DNA from: Candidatus Deferrimicrobiaceae bacterium
GTDB taxonomy: Bacteria > Desulfobacterota > Deferrimicrobia > Deferrimicrobiales > Deferrimicrobiaceae
Reading direction: 5' to 3'
DNA length: 64,000 bases
NCBI GenBank assembly: GCA_963792415.1
Contig: CAWBVY010000005.1
Location: forward strand, 32,001-96,000
Shown one piece after another: positions 29,359 through 41,272 of the stretch. A model generated the notes under the pieces. It had not been told where the DNA came from. It saw only the letters and a list, made by a program, of their open reading frames with translations, and did no database searches. Position 1 is the first letter of the stretch. Each line of letters begins with the position of its first letter. The position numbers and the translations under genes are program-made.

Positions 29359-30586
29359 ACCGGATCGCCTCCGCGGGGTCCACGCGGGATGCCTGGAATG
29401 CGGGATAAAGGGTCGCGAGGAAGCAGATCAGGATGGAGCTCGCCACCACGAGGAGGACGGTCCCCGGTTCGAGAGCGACGGGAAGGGTCGAGATGTAGTA
29501 GACGTCGCTCGGCAGGTGGATGAAGCGGTACCGCTGGAGCAGGATGCACAGCAGCGCGCCGAGCGCGGTCCCCAGGGACGTTCCGGCGACCCCGATGATC
29601 AGCCCCTCGATGGCGAAGATCCTGCGGATCGAGCGTCGCGTCGCCCCCAGCGTCATCAGGACGGCGATGTCCTTCGTCTTCTCCATCACGACCATGATGA
29701 GGGTCGAGATGATGTTGAAGGCCGCGACCATCACGATGAGGACGAGAATGACGAACATCACCACCTTTTCCAGCTTCAGGGCGGAGAAGAGGTTCCGGTT
29801 GCTCTGCATCCAGTCCTTCGCCCAGAACGGATACCCGAGGGTCGACCGGATCCGCTGGGCGACCGCGCCGGCGGCGTAGATGTCCCTCACCTTGACCTCC
29901 ACCCCCGTGGCGCGTCCCTCCATCCCCAGCAGGCGTCCTGCCTCCTCGAAGTCGACGTAGGCGAAGGTGGCGTCGTACTCGTACATCCCCGACTCGGAGA
30001 CGCCGACGACGCGGAACCGGGCCGTCTTCGGAAACGCCCCGAGAGGGGTGATCGTTCCGCCGGGGACCAGGATTTCGATCACGTCCCCCGGACCGACGCC
30101 GAGGTTCCCGGCGAGCTCCTTCCCCAAAATGGAGCCGGGCAGCCCGTCCTTCGAGGACCGGTGGAGATCCTCGAGCCGGCCCCCCCGGAGGTCCCGCCGC
30201 AGGCGGGTGACGTCTCCGACCGTCGCCGTGTCGACGCCCCGCAGCACGCCGCCGACGGCCCCGCTCCCCGAGGCGATCATCATCGGGGTGAAGATGTACG
30301 GGGAGGCCGCGACCACGCCGTCGACCTTCCGAATCTTCTCCGTCACGGCAAACGGGTTCTCGATGCTTCCGTTCAGGCTGGTGACGTGGGCGTGCGCGGT
30401 GGCCCCGAGGATCCGCTCCTTCAGCTCCCGCTCGAACCCGCTCATCACCGCGAGGACGATGATCAGCGCCATCACTCCGACCGTAACCCCGCCGATCGAG
30501 ATGAAGGTGATGATCGAGATGAACGTCTGCTTCCGCTTCGCCAGAAGGTACTTCCGGGCGATGTAGAACTCGACGGGAAGGCGCAA
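29351..30586 (-). CDS. lolC: Lipoprotein-releasing ABC transporter permease (LolC/E/F)
   Basis: IARKYL..KRKQTFISII, VMSGFE, GMYEYD, VAAFNIISTLIMVVMEK, DVYYI..LP, PAEAIRYE. Confidence 0.92.
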   Translation of the reverse strand: MRLPVEFYIARKYLLAKRKQTFISIITFISIGGVTVGVMALIIVLAVMSGFERELKERILGATAHAHVTSLNGSIENPFAVTEKIRKVDGVVAASPYIFTPMMIASGSGAVGGVLRGVDTATVGDVTRLRRDLRGGRLEDLHRSSKDGLPGSILGKELAGNLGVGPGDVIEILVPGGTITPLGAFPKTARFRVVGVSESGMYEYDATFAYVDFEEAGRLLGMEGRATGVEVKVRDIYAAGAVAQRIRSTLGYPFWAKDWMQSNRNLFSALKLEKVVMFVILVLIVMVAAFNIISTLIMVVMEKTKDIAVLMTLGATRRSIRRIFAIEGLIIGVAGTSLGTALGALLCILLQRYRFIHLPSDVYYISTLPVALEPGTVLLVVASSILICFLATLYPAFQASRVDPAEAIRYE

Positions 30587-30592
30587 CAGCCC

Positions 30593-32080
30593 CTACCCTT
30601 CTTTCCGAAGCTGGGGGAACAGGATCACGTCGCGGATCGACGGGGAATCCGTGAGGAGCATCACGAGACGGTCGATCCCGATCCCTTCCCCGGCCGCGGG
30701 CGGCATCCCGTGCTCGAGCGCCCGCAGGTAATCCTCGTCCATGAAATGGGCCTCCTCGTCCCCCCGTTCGCGCTTGCGGAGCTGCTCGTCGAACCGCTCA
30801 CGCTGGTCCACCGGGTCGTTCAGCTCCGAGAACGCGTTGGCGATCTCGCGGCCGCGGACGATCAGCTCGAACCGGTCGACGATCTCCGGTCGCGCGTCGT
30901 TGCGCCGCGAGAGCGGGGAGACGTCGATCGGGTATTCCGTCACGAAGGTCGGCCCGACGATCCTCTTCTCGGCCACCTCCTCGTAGATCGCGACCAGCAG
31001 ACTCCCGGGGGACGCCGTCTCCGCGTCCTTGACCCCGAGCTTCGCCGCCGTCTCCCGCAGGAACGCCTCGTCGGACAGGCGCTCTTCGGGAAAGCCGCCG
31101 TGGCGGGCCGCGGCCTGCGCCACCGTCAGGCGCTCCCAGGGCGGGGTGAAGTCGACCGTTTCCCCCTGGTAGGTGAACTTCGGCGTTCCGAACAGCTCCG
31201 TCGCCAGGGAGGAGAGCATCTCCTCCGTCAGCGCCATCATCTCGGTGTAGGTGGCGTACGCCTGGTAGAACTCGATCATCGTGAACTCGGGGTTGTGCTG
31301 GGTGTCGATCCCCTCGTTCCGGAAGTTCCGGTTGATCTCGAAGACGCGCTCGAACCCGCCGACCAGTAGGCGCTTCAGGTAGAGCTCCGGGGCGATCCGC
31401 AGATACAGGTCCATGTCGAGGGCGTTGTGGTGGGTCACGAACGGGCGCGCCGTCGCTCCCCCCGCCACCGTCTGCATCATCGGCGTCTCGACCTCGAGGA
31501 AGTCCCGCGTCGTCAGGAAGGCGCGAATGAAGGACACGATCCGCGCCCGCCGCCGGAAGATCTCCCGGACGTCCTCGTTGACGATCAGGTCCACGTATCG
31601 CTGCCGGTAGCGGGTCTCGATGTCGGAAAGCCCGTGCCACTTCTCCGGAAGGGGGCGGATCGCCTTCGCCAGGAGGCGGAACCTCGCCGCCTCGACGGTC
31701 AACTCGCCCGTGCGGGTGAGGAACAGGGGCCCGTCGACCCAGACGATGTCGCCAACGTCAACGGATTTCAGGAAGAGGTCGTACGCCTCCTCCCCGAGGT
31801 GATCCTTTTTCAGGTACGCCTGCAGCCGGCCCGACCGGTCGGACAGGACGAGAAACGCCGCCTTCCCGAAGCGCCGAAGACCCATCACCCGCCCGGCGAC
31901 GTCGACCCGGATCGGCCGCGCGGCCAATTCCTCCGGGGTCCGCCCCCCGGCGGCGTCGCGGGCGCCCGCGTTGGTCCACCCCGGGGCCTGGTCGTTCGGC
32001 CACGGATTCCGCCCGCCCGCTCTCAGCGCCCCGACCTTGAGAAAGCGCTCCTTCATCAGGTCGTTCCACGTCTCGTTCAC
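30593..32080 (-). CDS. lysS: Lysine--tRNA ligase (class II)
   Basis: PLPEKWHGL.D.ETRYRQRYVDL, GGATARPF.THHNALD, FRNEGID..HNPEFT, GIGIDRLVMLLT; GTG start overlapping prfB stop. Confidence 0.97.
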   Translation of the reverse strand: MNETWNDLMKERFLKVGALRAGGRNPWPNDQAPGWTNAGARDAAGGRTPEELAARPIRVDVAGRVMGLRRFGKAAFLVLSDRSGRLQAYLKKDHLGEEAYDLFLKSVDVGDIVWVDGPLFLTRTGELTVEAARFRLLAKAIRPLPEKWHGLSDIETRYRQRYVDLIVNEDVREIFRRRARIVSFIRAFLTTRDFLEVETPMMQTVAGGATARPFVTHHNALDMDLYLRIAPELYLKRLLVGGFERVFEINRNFRNEGIDTQHNPEFTMIEFYQAYATYTEMMALTEEMLSSLATELFGTPKFTYQGETVDFTPPWERLTVAQAAARHGGFPEERLSDEAFLRETAAKLGVKDAETASPGSLLVAIYEEVAEKRIVGPTFVTEYPIDVSPLSRRNDARPEIVDRFELIVRGREIANAFSELNDPVDQRERFDEQLRKRERGDEEAHFMDEDYLRALEHGMPPAAGEGIGIDRLVMLLTDSPSIRDVILFPQLRKEG

Positions 32081-33202
32081 GCCGCGTCCCCCGTCTCCCC
32101 TTCCGCACCGCCGCCGAGAAGGTACTTCCGTATGAACCCCAGGATCTCCCCGTCGAGGACGGCGTCGACGTTCCCCGTCTCGTGGCCCGTGCGGTGGTCT
32201 TTCACCATCCGGTACGGCGCGAGGACATAGGACCGGATCTGGGAGCCCCAGGCGATCTCTTTTTTCGCCTTGTGCGCCTCGCTCACCTTCTCCGCCCGCT
32301 GCTGCATCTCGAGCTCGTAGAGCTTCGAACGGAGGATCTTCATCGCCAGCGCCCGGTTCTTCCCCTGCGACCTCTCCTGCTGGCAGAGCACCACGACGCC
32401 TGTGGGGATGTGGGTGAACCGGACCGCGGACTCGACCTTGTTCACGTGCTGCCCCCCGGCGCCGCCCGAGCGCAGCGTGTCGATTTTCAGGTCCGACTCG
32501 TTGATCCTGATATCGACGTTGTCGTCGATCTCGGGCGAAACGAACACGGAGGCGAACGACGTGTGGCGCCGCTTGTTCGCGTCGAACGGCGAGATCCGGA
32601 CGAGCCGGTGGACGCCGGTTTCCGCCTTGAGATATCCGTACGGATGGTCGCCCGACAGGAGGAAGGTGGCGCTCTTGATCCCCGCCTCGTCGCCCTCCTG
32701 CCGCTCGACGAGCTCCATGGCGTATCCGTTCCGGTCGGCGAACCGGGAGTACATCCGCAGGAGCATCTCGGCCCAATCCTGGGACTCGGTCCCTCCGGCC
32801 CCGGCGTGGATCGTGACGATGGCGTTCAGCGCGTCGTTCTCCCCGGAGAGCATCCGCTCGAGCTCGATCGCGTCCAGCGCCTCGCCGACGGCGACGATCT
32901 GCTGCTCGATCTCGGAGGTCAACCCCTCGCCGCCCGCCTCGCCTGCGAGGGCGAGATACGCCCGCAGGTCGTCCAGGGACGATTCAAGGGACGACCAGCG
33001 TCCGAGGAACGTCCCGATCGCCTTCCGCTCCCGAAGGACGGGCTCGGTCGCCTCAGGGGCGTCCCAGAAACCGTCGCGCGCGACCTCGGCCGTAAGCTCC
33101 TTGAGACGGGCCTGCTTTGCGTCTACCTCAAAGATAACCCCGGAGCGCCTGGAACCGCGCTTCAAGGGTCGACGATTTCTCTTCCATCGATCCGGATGCC
33201 AT
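32077..33202 (-). CDS. prfB: Peptide chain release factor 2, expressed via programmed +1 frameshift
   Basis: SPF and GGQ motifs (RISPFD, GAGGQHVNK); ATG 33202 reads 24 codons to CTT TGA (33133-33128), then the +1 frame continues EVDAKQARL. Confidence 0.96.
33127..33142 (-). other. RF2 autoregulatory frameshift cassette
   Basis: Minus strand CGGGGT TAT CTT TGA G: SD-like element, slippery CTT-T, in-frame UGA. Confidence 0.92.
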
Positions 33203-34733
33203 GGGAACCTCGCAAGGGAAAAATAACCGCTAAGAGAGCGAGTATACTACAGGAAATCCCAAAGATTTCCCCGGTTTTTGCGTAGACGGTTTCCCCGGTC
33301 GCCGGCCGGACCGCGGCGACCAGAACCCCACGGCGGAAGAGGCCGAGGGAGGCTGCGATCCCCCCGTCCGCTTCGATGACCGCGCTGATCCCCGAGTTGG
33401 CGGCGCGCACCATGGGGCGCCGGAACTCCACGCACCGCATCCGGGCCATGGCGAGGTGCTGGTGAGGAGCGACCGTGTCGCCGAACCAGGCGTCGTTCGT
33501 AACGTTCACGAACCACGTGGCGCCTTCGATGACCCCTTCCCGGAGCAACGCCGGAAACAGCGCCTCGTAGCACACGGAGGCGGCCACCGGCCTGCCCTGG
33601 ACCCGGAACAGCGCAGGAGAGGTCCCGCTCGAGAAGTCCCCTTCCCCCGCCGTCAGCTTGCTCAGGAAGAAGAGGATCGACCGGAACGGAATGTACTCGC
33701 CGAACGGGACCAGGTGCCGCTTGTCGTACCGCCCGAGAACGACGCCGCGCGCGTCCATGTGGAAGACGCTGTTATAGAATTTCCCGCCCCCCGCGGGATC
33801 GTACCAGGGTGCCCCGAAGAGGATCGGGATCCCCCCGCTCACCGCGATGGCCTCGACCCGCCGGGAGAGCCCCGCTTCCCACCCGTAGAAGAACGGGGCC
33901 GCGGTCTCCGGCCAGACGACCACCTGCGCGCCCGCGTCCCTCGCCGTCCGCGTCAACTCCCCGTAGATCCCGAGCGTGGACAGCTGGTTTTCCGGGTCCC
34001 ACTTCAGGGACTGGTCGATCCCGCCCTGGGCGATTGCCACCTTCACTTCGGGAACCCGGGCCGCGGTGCCCTCCGGGGTCAGCGAACCGGACCGACCGTA
34101 CAGAACCAGGAACAGGACCACGGCGATCCCGGGAATCAGAGGGATCGCCGCCTTCGCGGGGAACCGATCGCACAGACGCCTCCCCGCGAGATAGACCGAG
34201 ACGCTTGACAGGGCGAGAAGGAACGAGAGCCCGTGAACTCCCGCCAGGTCCGCCGCCTGGCGCAGCGCCGCGCTCCCGGCGAGGGTGTACCCGAGGAGCA
34301 TCCAGGGGAATCCGGAGAAAAGGTGGCTTCGGGCCATCTCGACGGCGGTCCAGACGAAGGGAAACAGCCAGAGGCCGCGCTCGCCGAACCGGCTCTCCAG
34401 GTGGCGCGCGGCGGCGGCGGCGACCGAAAAATACGCGCCGACATAGGCGGAAACGAGGAGTGCCGCCAGGGCTCCGAGCGCCCAGCCGAGCTTCCCCTGC
34501 ACCGCGACGGTATAGGCGATCCAGTAATAGAGGGGGACGCTGCCGGCCGTTCCCGCGATCCATCCGCGAAAGGCGGCCTGCCGGGCCGAGCCTGTCGACA
34601 CCGCGAGCATGAGGAACGGGGCGAGACAGACGAACGGCAGTCCGGGAACATCGTACCCCGGGGTCCCGAGGGCGTAGGATAGGACGAACAGCGTGCCGGT
34701 CAGGAGGAGCGCCGCCGGTCCGGGGCGGCTCAA
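33162..34733 (-). CDS. lnt: Apolipoprotein N-acyltransferase
   Basis: GFPWMLLGY, VWPETA, YNS, YDKRHLVPFGEYIP, CYEALF, NVTNDAWFG, RAANSGIS; TTG start overlapping ybeY stop. Confidence 0.95.
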   Translation of the reverse strand: MSRPGPAALLLTGTLFVLSYALGTPGYDVPGLPFVCLAPFLMLAVSTGSARQAAFRGWIAGTAGSVPLYYWIAYTVAVQGKLGWALGALAALLVSAYVGAYFSVAAAAARHLESRFGERGLWLFPFVWTAVEMARSHLFSGFPWMLLGYTLAGSAALRQAADLAGVHGLSFLLALSSVSVYLAGRRLCDRFPAKAAIPLIPGIAVVLFLVLYGRSGSLTPEGTAARVPEVKVAIAQGGIDQSLKWDPENQLSTLGIYGELTRTARDAGAQVVVWPETAAPFFYGWEAGLSRRVEAIAVSGGIPILFGAPWYDPAGGGKFYNSVFHMDARGVVLGRYDKRHLVPFGEYIPFRSILFFLSKLTAGEGDFSSGTSPALFRVQGRPVAASVCYEALFPALLREGVIEGATWFVNVTNDAWFGDTVAPHQHLAMARMRCVEFRRPMVRAANSGISAVIEADGGIAASLGLFRRGVLVAAVRPATGETVYAKTGEIFGISCSILALLAVIFPLRGSHGIRIDGREIVDP

Positions 34734-35194
34734 CGGACCCGCCCCCGCCCTTCCCCGTCGAGGACACGCCGGTACAGAGCCAGCTCCTTCCGGCGCATCC
34801 GCCGCGCCGCCGCGCCGCCCTTCTCGTGGTCGTACCCCGCGAGGTGGAGGATCCCGTGAAGGACGAAAAAGAAAACGCGCGCCTCCGGAGTCTCCTTCCA
34901 TCCCCCGGTCTCCGAAAGGCAGGTGGGCGCGGAAACGACGATGTCCCCCGCCACCCTGGCGCCGCGCGCCGGGCCGCCGTCCGTCTCCGGGAAGGAGAGG
35001 ACGTTCGTGGGGCGGTCCCTGCCGAGATATTCCCGGTTCCAGCGCGCGATCGCGGCGTCCCCGACCACCCGGACCCGCACGTCGGCCCCGTTCGCCGAAA
35101 GGAGGGCGAGCGCCGCCCGTGCGTACGCCTTCAGCCGGCGCCCCGCGAACGGCGCCGGCCGAAGGTCCTGGCGCACGCTCACGCGGTACGTCAA
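34730..35194 (-). CDS. ybeY: rRNA maturation endoribonuclease YbeY
   Basis: NREYLGRDRPTNVLSFP, GDIVVS, HGILHLAGYDH. Confidence 0.93.
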   Translation of the reverse strand: MTYRVSVRQDLRPAPFAGRRLKAYARAALALLSANGADVRVRVVGDAAIARWNREYLGRDRPTNVLSFPETDGGPARGARVAGDIVVSAPTCLSETGGWKETPEARVFFFVLHGILHLAGYDHEKGGAAARRMRRKELALYRRVLDGEGRGRVR

Positions 35195-36652
35195 CGGACC
35201 GATCCCGTGGGATAGTCGACGCGGGCGTGGGCGATGGCGGCGAGGACCTGGCTGATGGCGCGACCGACGGCGTGCAGGTCCCGCAGCGTAAGCTCGCACT
35301 CGTTCAGCTGACCGTCGAGGTAGACCCGGTTGACGATCCGGGTGACGGTCTCGTCCACCTCCTGCGGCGTGGGGCGGTCAAGGCTCCTCACCGTCGCCTC
35401 GGTCGCGTCGGCCAGCATGATGATCGCCGCCTCGCGGGTCTTCGGCTTCGGCCCCGGGTACCGGAACATCTCCTCCGACGCCTTCCGGTCCTCGATCATC
35501 GGCCGCGCCTTGTCGAGGAAGTAGTAGAGCAGGCTCGTCCCGTGGTGCTGCTCGATGATCTCCGTGATCCGCTCCCCCAGCCGGAACTCCCCCGCCATGC
35601 GGACCCCTTCCTTCACGTGTGACAGGATCACCGCGCGGGAGAGCCCGGGAGACATCGCGTCGTGAACGTTCTCCGCGCCGGCCTGGTTCTCGGAAAAATA
35701 TTGGGCCTTCCCGAGCTTTCCTATGTCGTGATAGAGCGCGGCGACGCGGCAAAGCACCGGGTTGGCGCCGATCGCGTGCGCGCCGGCCTCCCCCAGCGTC
35801 CCGACCACCACGCTGTGGTGAAATGTCCCGGGCGCCTCCATCATCAGGCGGGAGAGGAGCGGGTGACCGATGCCGGAAAGTTCCATCAGGCGGATGTCGC
35901 TCGCGTATCCGAACGTCGACTCCGCCACCGGCATGACCGCGAGGGCGAGCGGGCCGGACAGAAGGCCGTTGACGGCGCCGAAGACCCCCGCCCACAACAC
36001 TTCCCCGCCGCCGTGGAACGAGAACTCCAGGGCCGCGGCCGCGAGGGCGCACACGGGCGCGGCATGGACGCCGGCCATCAGCATGCTGTACCTGTCCGGA
36101 ACCCTGCGGGCGCGCGCGGCGCCGGCGGTGCCGGAAAGGAGGAGGAACAGCAGCGCGGGCCAGCTCCCCGCGGCGGCGGCGGCAGAGAGTACCGACGCGG
36201 CGACCGTGAAGAGGATCGACGTCTCGGAGTTGATGAGGACCCGGACCACCATCGCGAAGGCGGGGAGCGGTATCAGATAGGCATACACCCGGGTCGGGAC
36301 GCCCCGCCCGAGCGACGGGATCTCGGCGATCAGGTCGATCACCGCCTTCGCCGCGAAGAACAGCAGGAGAGCGAGGGAACAGAGGAAGAGGAAGTCGCGC
36401 GCCGCCAGCCGGACTTTCCGCACCTCGCGGCCGGCGAACCCGAACCATTCCGAGAGAAAAAGGGCGACGGCCAGCGTGAGCGCGACCGCGCCGACGAAGG
36501 GGAAGGTTCCCCCCCATGGCCCCGCCCCCCCGGGGAAGAGCTCCCGCCCCCATAGGTAGAAGAGGACCGCGAAAACGGCGCCCGACACGAGGCTCAGCGC
36601 GATGAGCCGCCAGTAGCGGCCCCGCGGCGACGCCCCGTTTTCCGGCGGGCGC

Positions 36653-37644
<992 letters not shown>

Positions 37645-37645
<1 letters not shown>

Positions 37646-38532
37646 CAGAAGAAGTCCACCCACGCCGTGAAGGCCCGGAACGCCTCCAGGGAGAGAAGCC
37701 CCCGGTGGATCCACACGGCCACCGCGAGCACCGCCGCACCCCACAACGCCATCCGGATCGCGTCGAACCGGCGCCGGACTGCGATCTCGTCGCGCAGCCG
37801 CTTGACGGGATCGACACGGTCGCCGGCCTCCGCCACGGAGACCTCGATCAGCCCGCGCTGGAGGAGGGCGGCCAGGCCCTTGATCCCCTCGAATCCCGTG
37901 AGGCACGCTTTCCGGCAGACCCGGTCGGGGTCGTTTGAGAAGTCGAGGGCCTTCCAGAGAACCCTCTCCACCTCGGAGAAGGCGTACGGGTCTACGCGCT
38001 CCCCCTTCTTCCGCGCCACGGTAAAATCGCCTGGGGGAAATATCCCGCGATAACGAGGGTATTCGTCAAGATATTGCATCCCCTCCATCAGGAGCACATC
38101 CGGGCGAATCGGTTCCCCTCCCCACGCGGAGGGACGCACGGCGAATCCCTCGAACCGGTACTCCCCCTCGCGGAAAGTGAGAACGTCGAAGAGGCACTCC
38201 TTGACCTGCAGGACGAGGTACCGGGCAAGGACCTCCTTCGATACCTTCCCCTTCTCGACCAGGATTTCGCCGACCTTCTTCCCGCCCGCTCCCTGGGAAG
38301 GGAGGACCCTCCTGAGATCCGAGTCCGTCAGGATCCCCGCGTCCCGGAGCATCGTGCCGAGGAGGGATTTTGGTTCCCGGCGGTCCGGCTGGACGTCGAC
38401 GATCCTTCCCTCCGAGAAGAGAAAAACCGTCACGCGATCGTTCCCGGAGATCGCGAGGGATCCGCTCTTCCCCTGAGAGGAGACGAGCTGGAAGATATCC
38501 GGGATGCTGAAGTCGGCGATCTTCCCCTGCAC
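37645..38532 (-). CDS. DUF4388 (PATAN-like) domain protein with C-terminal TM helix
   Basis: QGKIADFSIPDIFQLV...KSGSL.I...F..G.IV, LGTML...G.L, VGEILV, EG.Y.F, LLMEG...LDE. Confidence 0.75.
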
Positions 38533-38534
38533 CG

Positions 38535-40454
38535 CTACAGCCTTTCCCCGGAGACGTTGTGACGCAACTGGAGGTTCTCGAACGAGCGCCATCCCCAGGC
38601 GGCCCCGAAGAGCCAGAGAACCGCGACCGTCGCCAGTGCCGCCCTTGAGATATCGGTCTGCATGTCGCCGATCAGGCCGCCTGCCAGCTTTCCGGCGCCC
38701 CACGACACGGTGAACAGGCCGGCGGCCAGGGAGAGGAGGAAACCGTACAGCATGGTCCGGAACTCCTTCCCCGCCCAGAGGGCCCCGGCCCCCGGAAACA
38801 GGACGGAGCAGGCACGGACGTACCGCCGGTGCAGGGAAATGCTCAACCCCCGCAATTCGCGCTCCCCCCCGCCCCTGATCCCCTTGCCGATCTGCGCGCG
38901 GCACGCGTTGCAGATGTCGACGGTTTCGCGGCTCCTGACGACCAGCGTGCCGGCGCCGCACGAACGGCAGACGCTGCTCACCCAGATTTTCCGGGAGAGA
39001 AGTTTCCACAGCGCCGTCCAGGCCAACCCGGCCGCCAGGAGCGCCATGACCCATCCCCCGGGAACGGGGCGGAAGAACAGGTTGTGAAACGCGCTCCTCC
39101 GGGCCTCCAGAAACCACTCGTCCCGCACGGTGAACAGACTCCTCCATATGTCTTCGACCCGCAGCGGCGCGGCGACCAGTTCCCCGTGGGTCATCTCCTC
39201 GGCGCGGTAGTCGAAGGGGACAAGGCCGCGGATTCCGGCCCAGGCGGCCGGCTGGATCCGGGAGGCCTGCGCCAGCCGGAACTCCTGCAGGTACACCTGG
39301 TAGGCGTTCCATTGGGCCCTGCCGCCTGCCGGGCTGAGTGAAGCCGCGGTTTCGAAATCGGCGAGCCCTTCCTCCGTCTTTCCGAGGCGGACCCGGACGA
39401 TCCCGCGGTTGTTGTACGCGTCGGCGGATTCCCCTCCCTCTGCGATCAGTTCGGTCCAGAGCGCCTCCGCCGCCCGCAGGTTCCCCCCCTCCATCTCGGA
39501 CCGGGCGCGGGCGAACTGCGCCATCCGCTCCCATTCCGCCCCGCTCAGCACCCCTCCCCCGGCATTCCCGGAGATCGGACTGCCCCGGTAGGAGTACCCC
39601 TCTCCCCCCATCCATCCCCCCTGCCGCGCCGTTCCCGCCATCGGGTGAATCGCCTGGAGGAAGCCGCCGGAAACGAAGACGGCGGCCAGCAGCAGGATCG
39701 CCGTCCCCCCGATCACGAGCTCGCCGCGGCGCAGGTACGGGATCGAGAGGACGACCCAGAGGACCGCCGCCGCCGCGATCCCGGCCCGGCACGCGACCGG
39801 AGCCGCAAAAACCGAGAGGACGATCCCGGAGGCGAAGATCTCCGGCCGGGGGAAGCCCTTGAGGAGGCGGGCAACGTCCAAGGTAAGCGCGGGGAGCGCC
39901 CGCAACAGGAGATTGAGCGACGCCCAGATCGCGAACCAGCACGCCGAGGCCGAGGCGAAGAGAACGAACCACACGGCGTGCCCGAGCAGCCCGGGACCGT
40001 ACTGGCGAAGCGCTCCCAACAGCCCTTCGACGTCAAAGAGGAACTCCTCGAGCCGGAACCGCGCCACGTCCTCCCAGGCAAGCCAGGTCCAGAGAGGGAC
40101 GGAGAGCGGCGCAACGCGCGTGACCGCCCTCATCGACTCGTACGACCCGCGTTTCCACCCCTCCCGGACCGCACGGTCGAAGATCCGGTCCGGAACGGCG
40201 TTCATGGACAGGATCGCGTTGTCGAACATCGCGCGCCGAAGCGCGCGGACCTCCAGTTCCAGCGCCTCCCCCTTGCCGGGGCCTGCCGCCTGGACGACGC
40301 GGATCGCCTGTCGGCGAACCGGTTCCGGATATCCGGGAAACAGGCCCCCCGCGGCCAGGCGGGAGGGGTCAAGAGGAATCAGGATCAGGAGGAAGAGCGC
40401 GAATCGCGCCCACGACCTCCGGGATCGGTTGGAAACCCGTCGGGTCATAACCAT
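38535..40454 (-). CDS. Multi-pass membrane protein with TPR repeat and CxxC..CxxC Zn-ribbon-like motif
   Basis: Signal-like N-terminus, several TM segments, TPR-like ADAYNNRGIVRVRLGKTEEGLADFETA, CRSCG...CNAC. Confidence 0.65.
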   Translation of the reverse strand: MVMTRRVSNRSRRSWARFALFLLILIPLDPSRLAAGGLFPGYPEPVRRQAIRVVQAAGPGKGEALELEVRALRRAMFDNAILSMNAVPDRIFDRAVREGWKRGSYESMRAVTRVAPLSVPLWTWLAWEDVARFRLEEFLFDVEGLLGALRQYGPGLLGHAVWFVLFASASACWFAIWASLNLLLRALPALTLDVARLLKGFPRPEIFASGIVLSVFAAPVACRAGIAAAAVLWVVLSIPYLRRGELVIGGTAILLLAAVFVSGGFLQAIHPMAGTARQGGWMGGEGYSYRGSPISGNAGGGVLSGAEWERMAQFARARSEMEGGNLRAAEALWTELIAEGGESADAYNNRGIVRVRLGKTEEGLADFETAASLSPAGGRAQWNAYQVYLQEFRLAQASRIQPAAWAGIRGLVPFDYRAEEMTHGELVAAPLRVEDIWRSLFTVRDEWFLEARRSAFHNLFFRPVPGGWVMALLAAGLAWTALWKLLSRKIWVSSVCRSCGAGTLVVRSRETVDICNACRAQIGKGIRGGGERELRGLSISLHRRYVRACSVLFPGAGALWAGKEFRTMLYGFLLSLAAGLFTVSWGAGKLAGGLIGDMQTDISRAALATVAVLWLFGAAWGWRSFENLQLRHNVSGERL

Positions 40455-40487
40455 TTATGCTAACATCCTTCTGGAGAAAAAACTCTC

Positions 40488-41261
40488 GTGGACGAATTCC
40501 GGAAATTGGTGGAGATCATGGCCCGCCTTCGCGCGAAGGGAGGGTGCGAGTGGGACCGTGCCCAGACCCACGAAACGCTTCGCCAATATCTCGTGGAAGA
40601 GACGCACGAAGTGATCGATGCGATCCGCGGCGGGAGCCCGGATTCCCTGTGCGAGGAACTCGGGGACCTTCTCCTGCAGATCCTGTTCCACGCGCAGATC
40701 GCCTCCGAAAACGCGCAGTTCGATATCAACGACGTGATCGCCTCCATCTCGGAGAAGATGATTCGCCGGCACCCTCACGTCTTCGGGGACGCCACCGCCG
40801 ACACGCCCGACGCTGTATCGCGGCAGTGGGATCATATCAAGAAAACGATCGAGAACCGTTCCCATGAATCGATTCTCGGGGGGATCCCGAAAGAGTTCCC
40901 CTCCCTTCTCCGTGCGGCGAAGATGTCGAAAAAGGCGGCAAAGGCGGGGTTCGACTGGGAACGGACGGAGCAGGTGGTGGGAAAGGTCGAAGAGGAGCTG
41001 TCGGAACTGAAAGAGGCGATGGCGGAGGGGGATCCGGCCCACACGGAGCACGAACTCGGCGATCTCCTCTTCTCCCTGGTGAATCTTGCCCGGTTTCTCG
41101 GCCTGAACGCCGAGGTGGCGATGCTGTCCGTCAATGAGCGCTTCGAGCGCCGGTTTCGGGAGATGGAAAAAATCGCAGCGGAAACGGGAGGTTCTATCGA
41201 GGATGCCGATATGGACACCTTGGATCGCCTCTGGGAGATGGCGAAGAAGTCGACTACCTGA
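40488..41261 (+). CDS. mazG: Nucleoside triphosphate pyrophosphohydrolase MazG
   Basis: GCEWDRAQTH..L..YLVEE, EELGDLLLQ, RRHPHVF, GFDW, ELGDLLFSLVN. Confidence 0.95.
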   Translation: MDEFRKLVEIMARLRAKGGCEWDRAQTHETLRQYLVEETHEVIDAIRGGSPDSLCEELGDLLLQILFHAQIASENAQFDINDVIASISEKMIRRHPHVFGDATADTPDAVSRQWDHIKKTIENRSHESILGGIPKEFPSLLRAAKMSKKAAKAGFDWERTEQVVGKVEEELSELKEAMAEGDPAHTEHELGDLLFSLVNLARFLGLNAEVAMLSVNERFERRFREMEKIAAETGGSIEDADMDTLDRLWEMAKKSTT

Positions 41262-41272
41262 ACGTACCGGCG

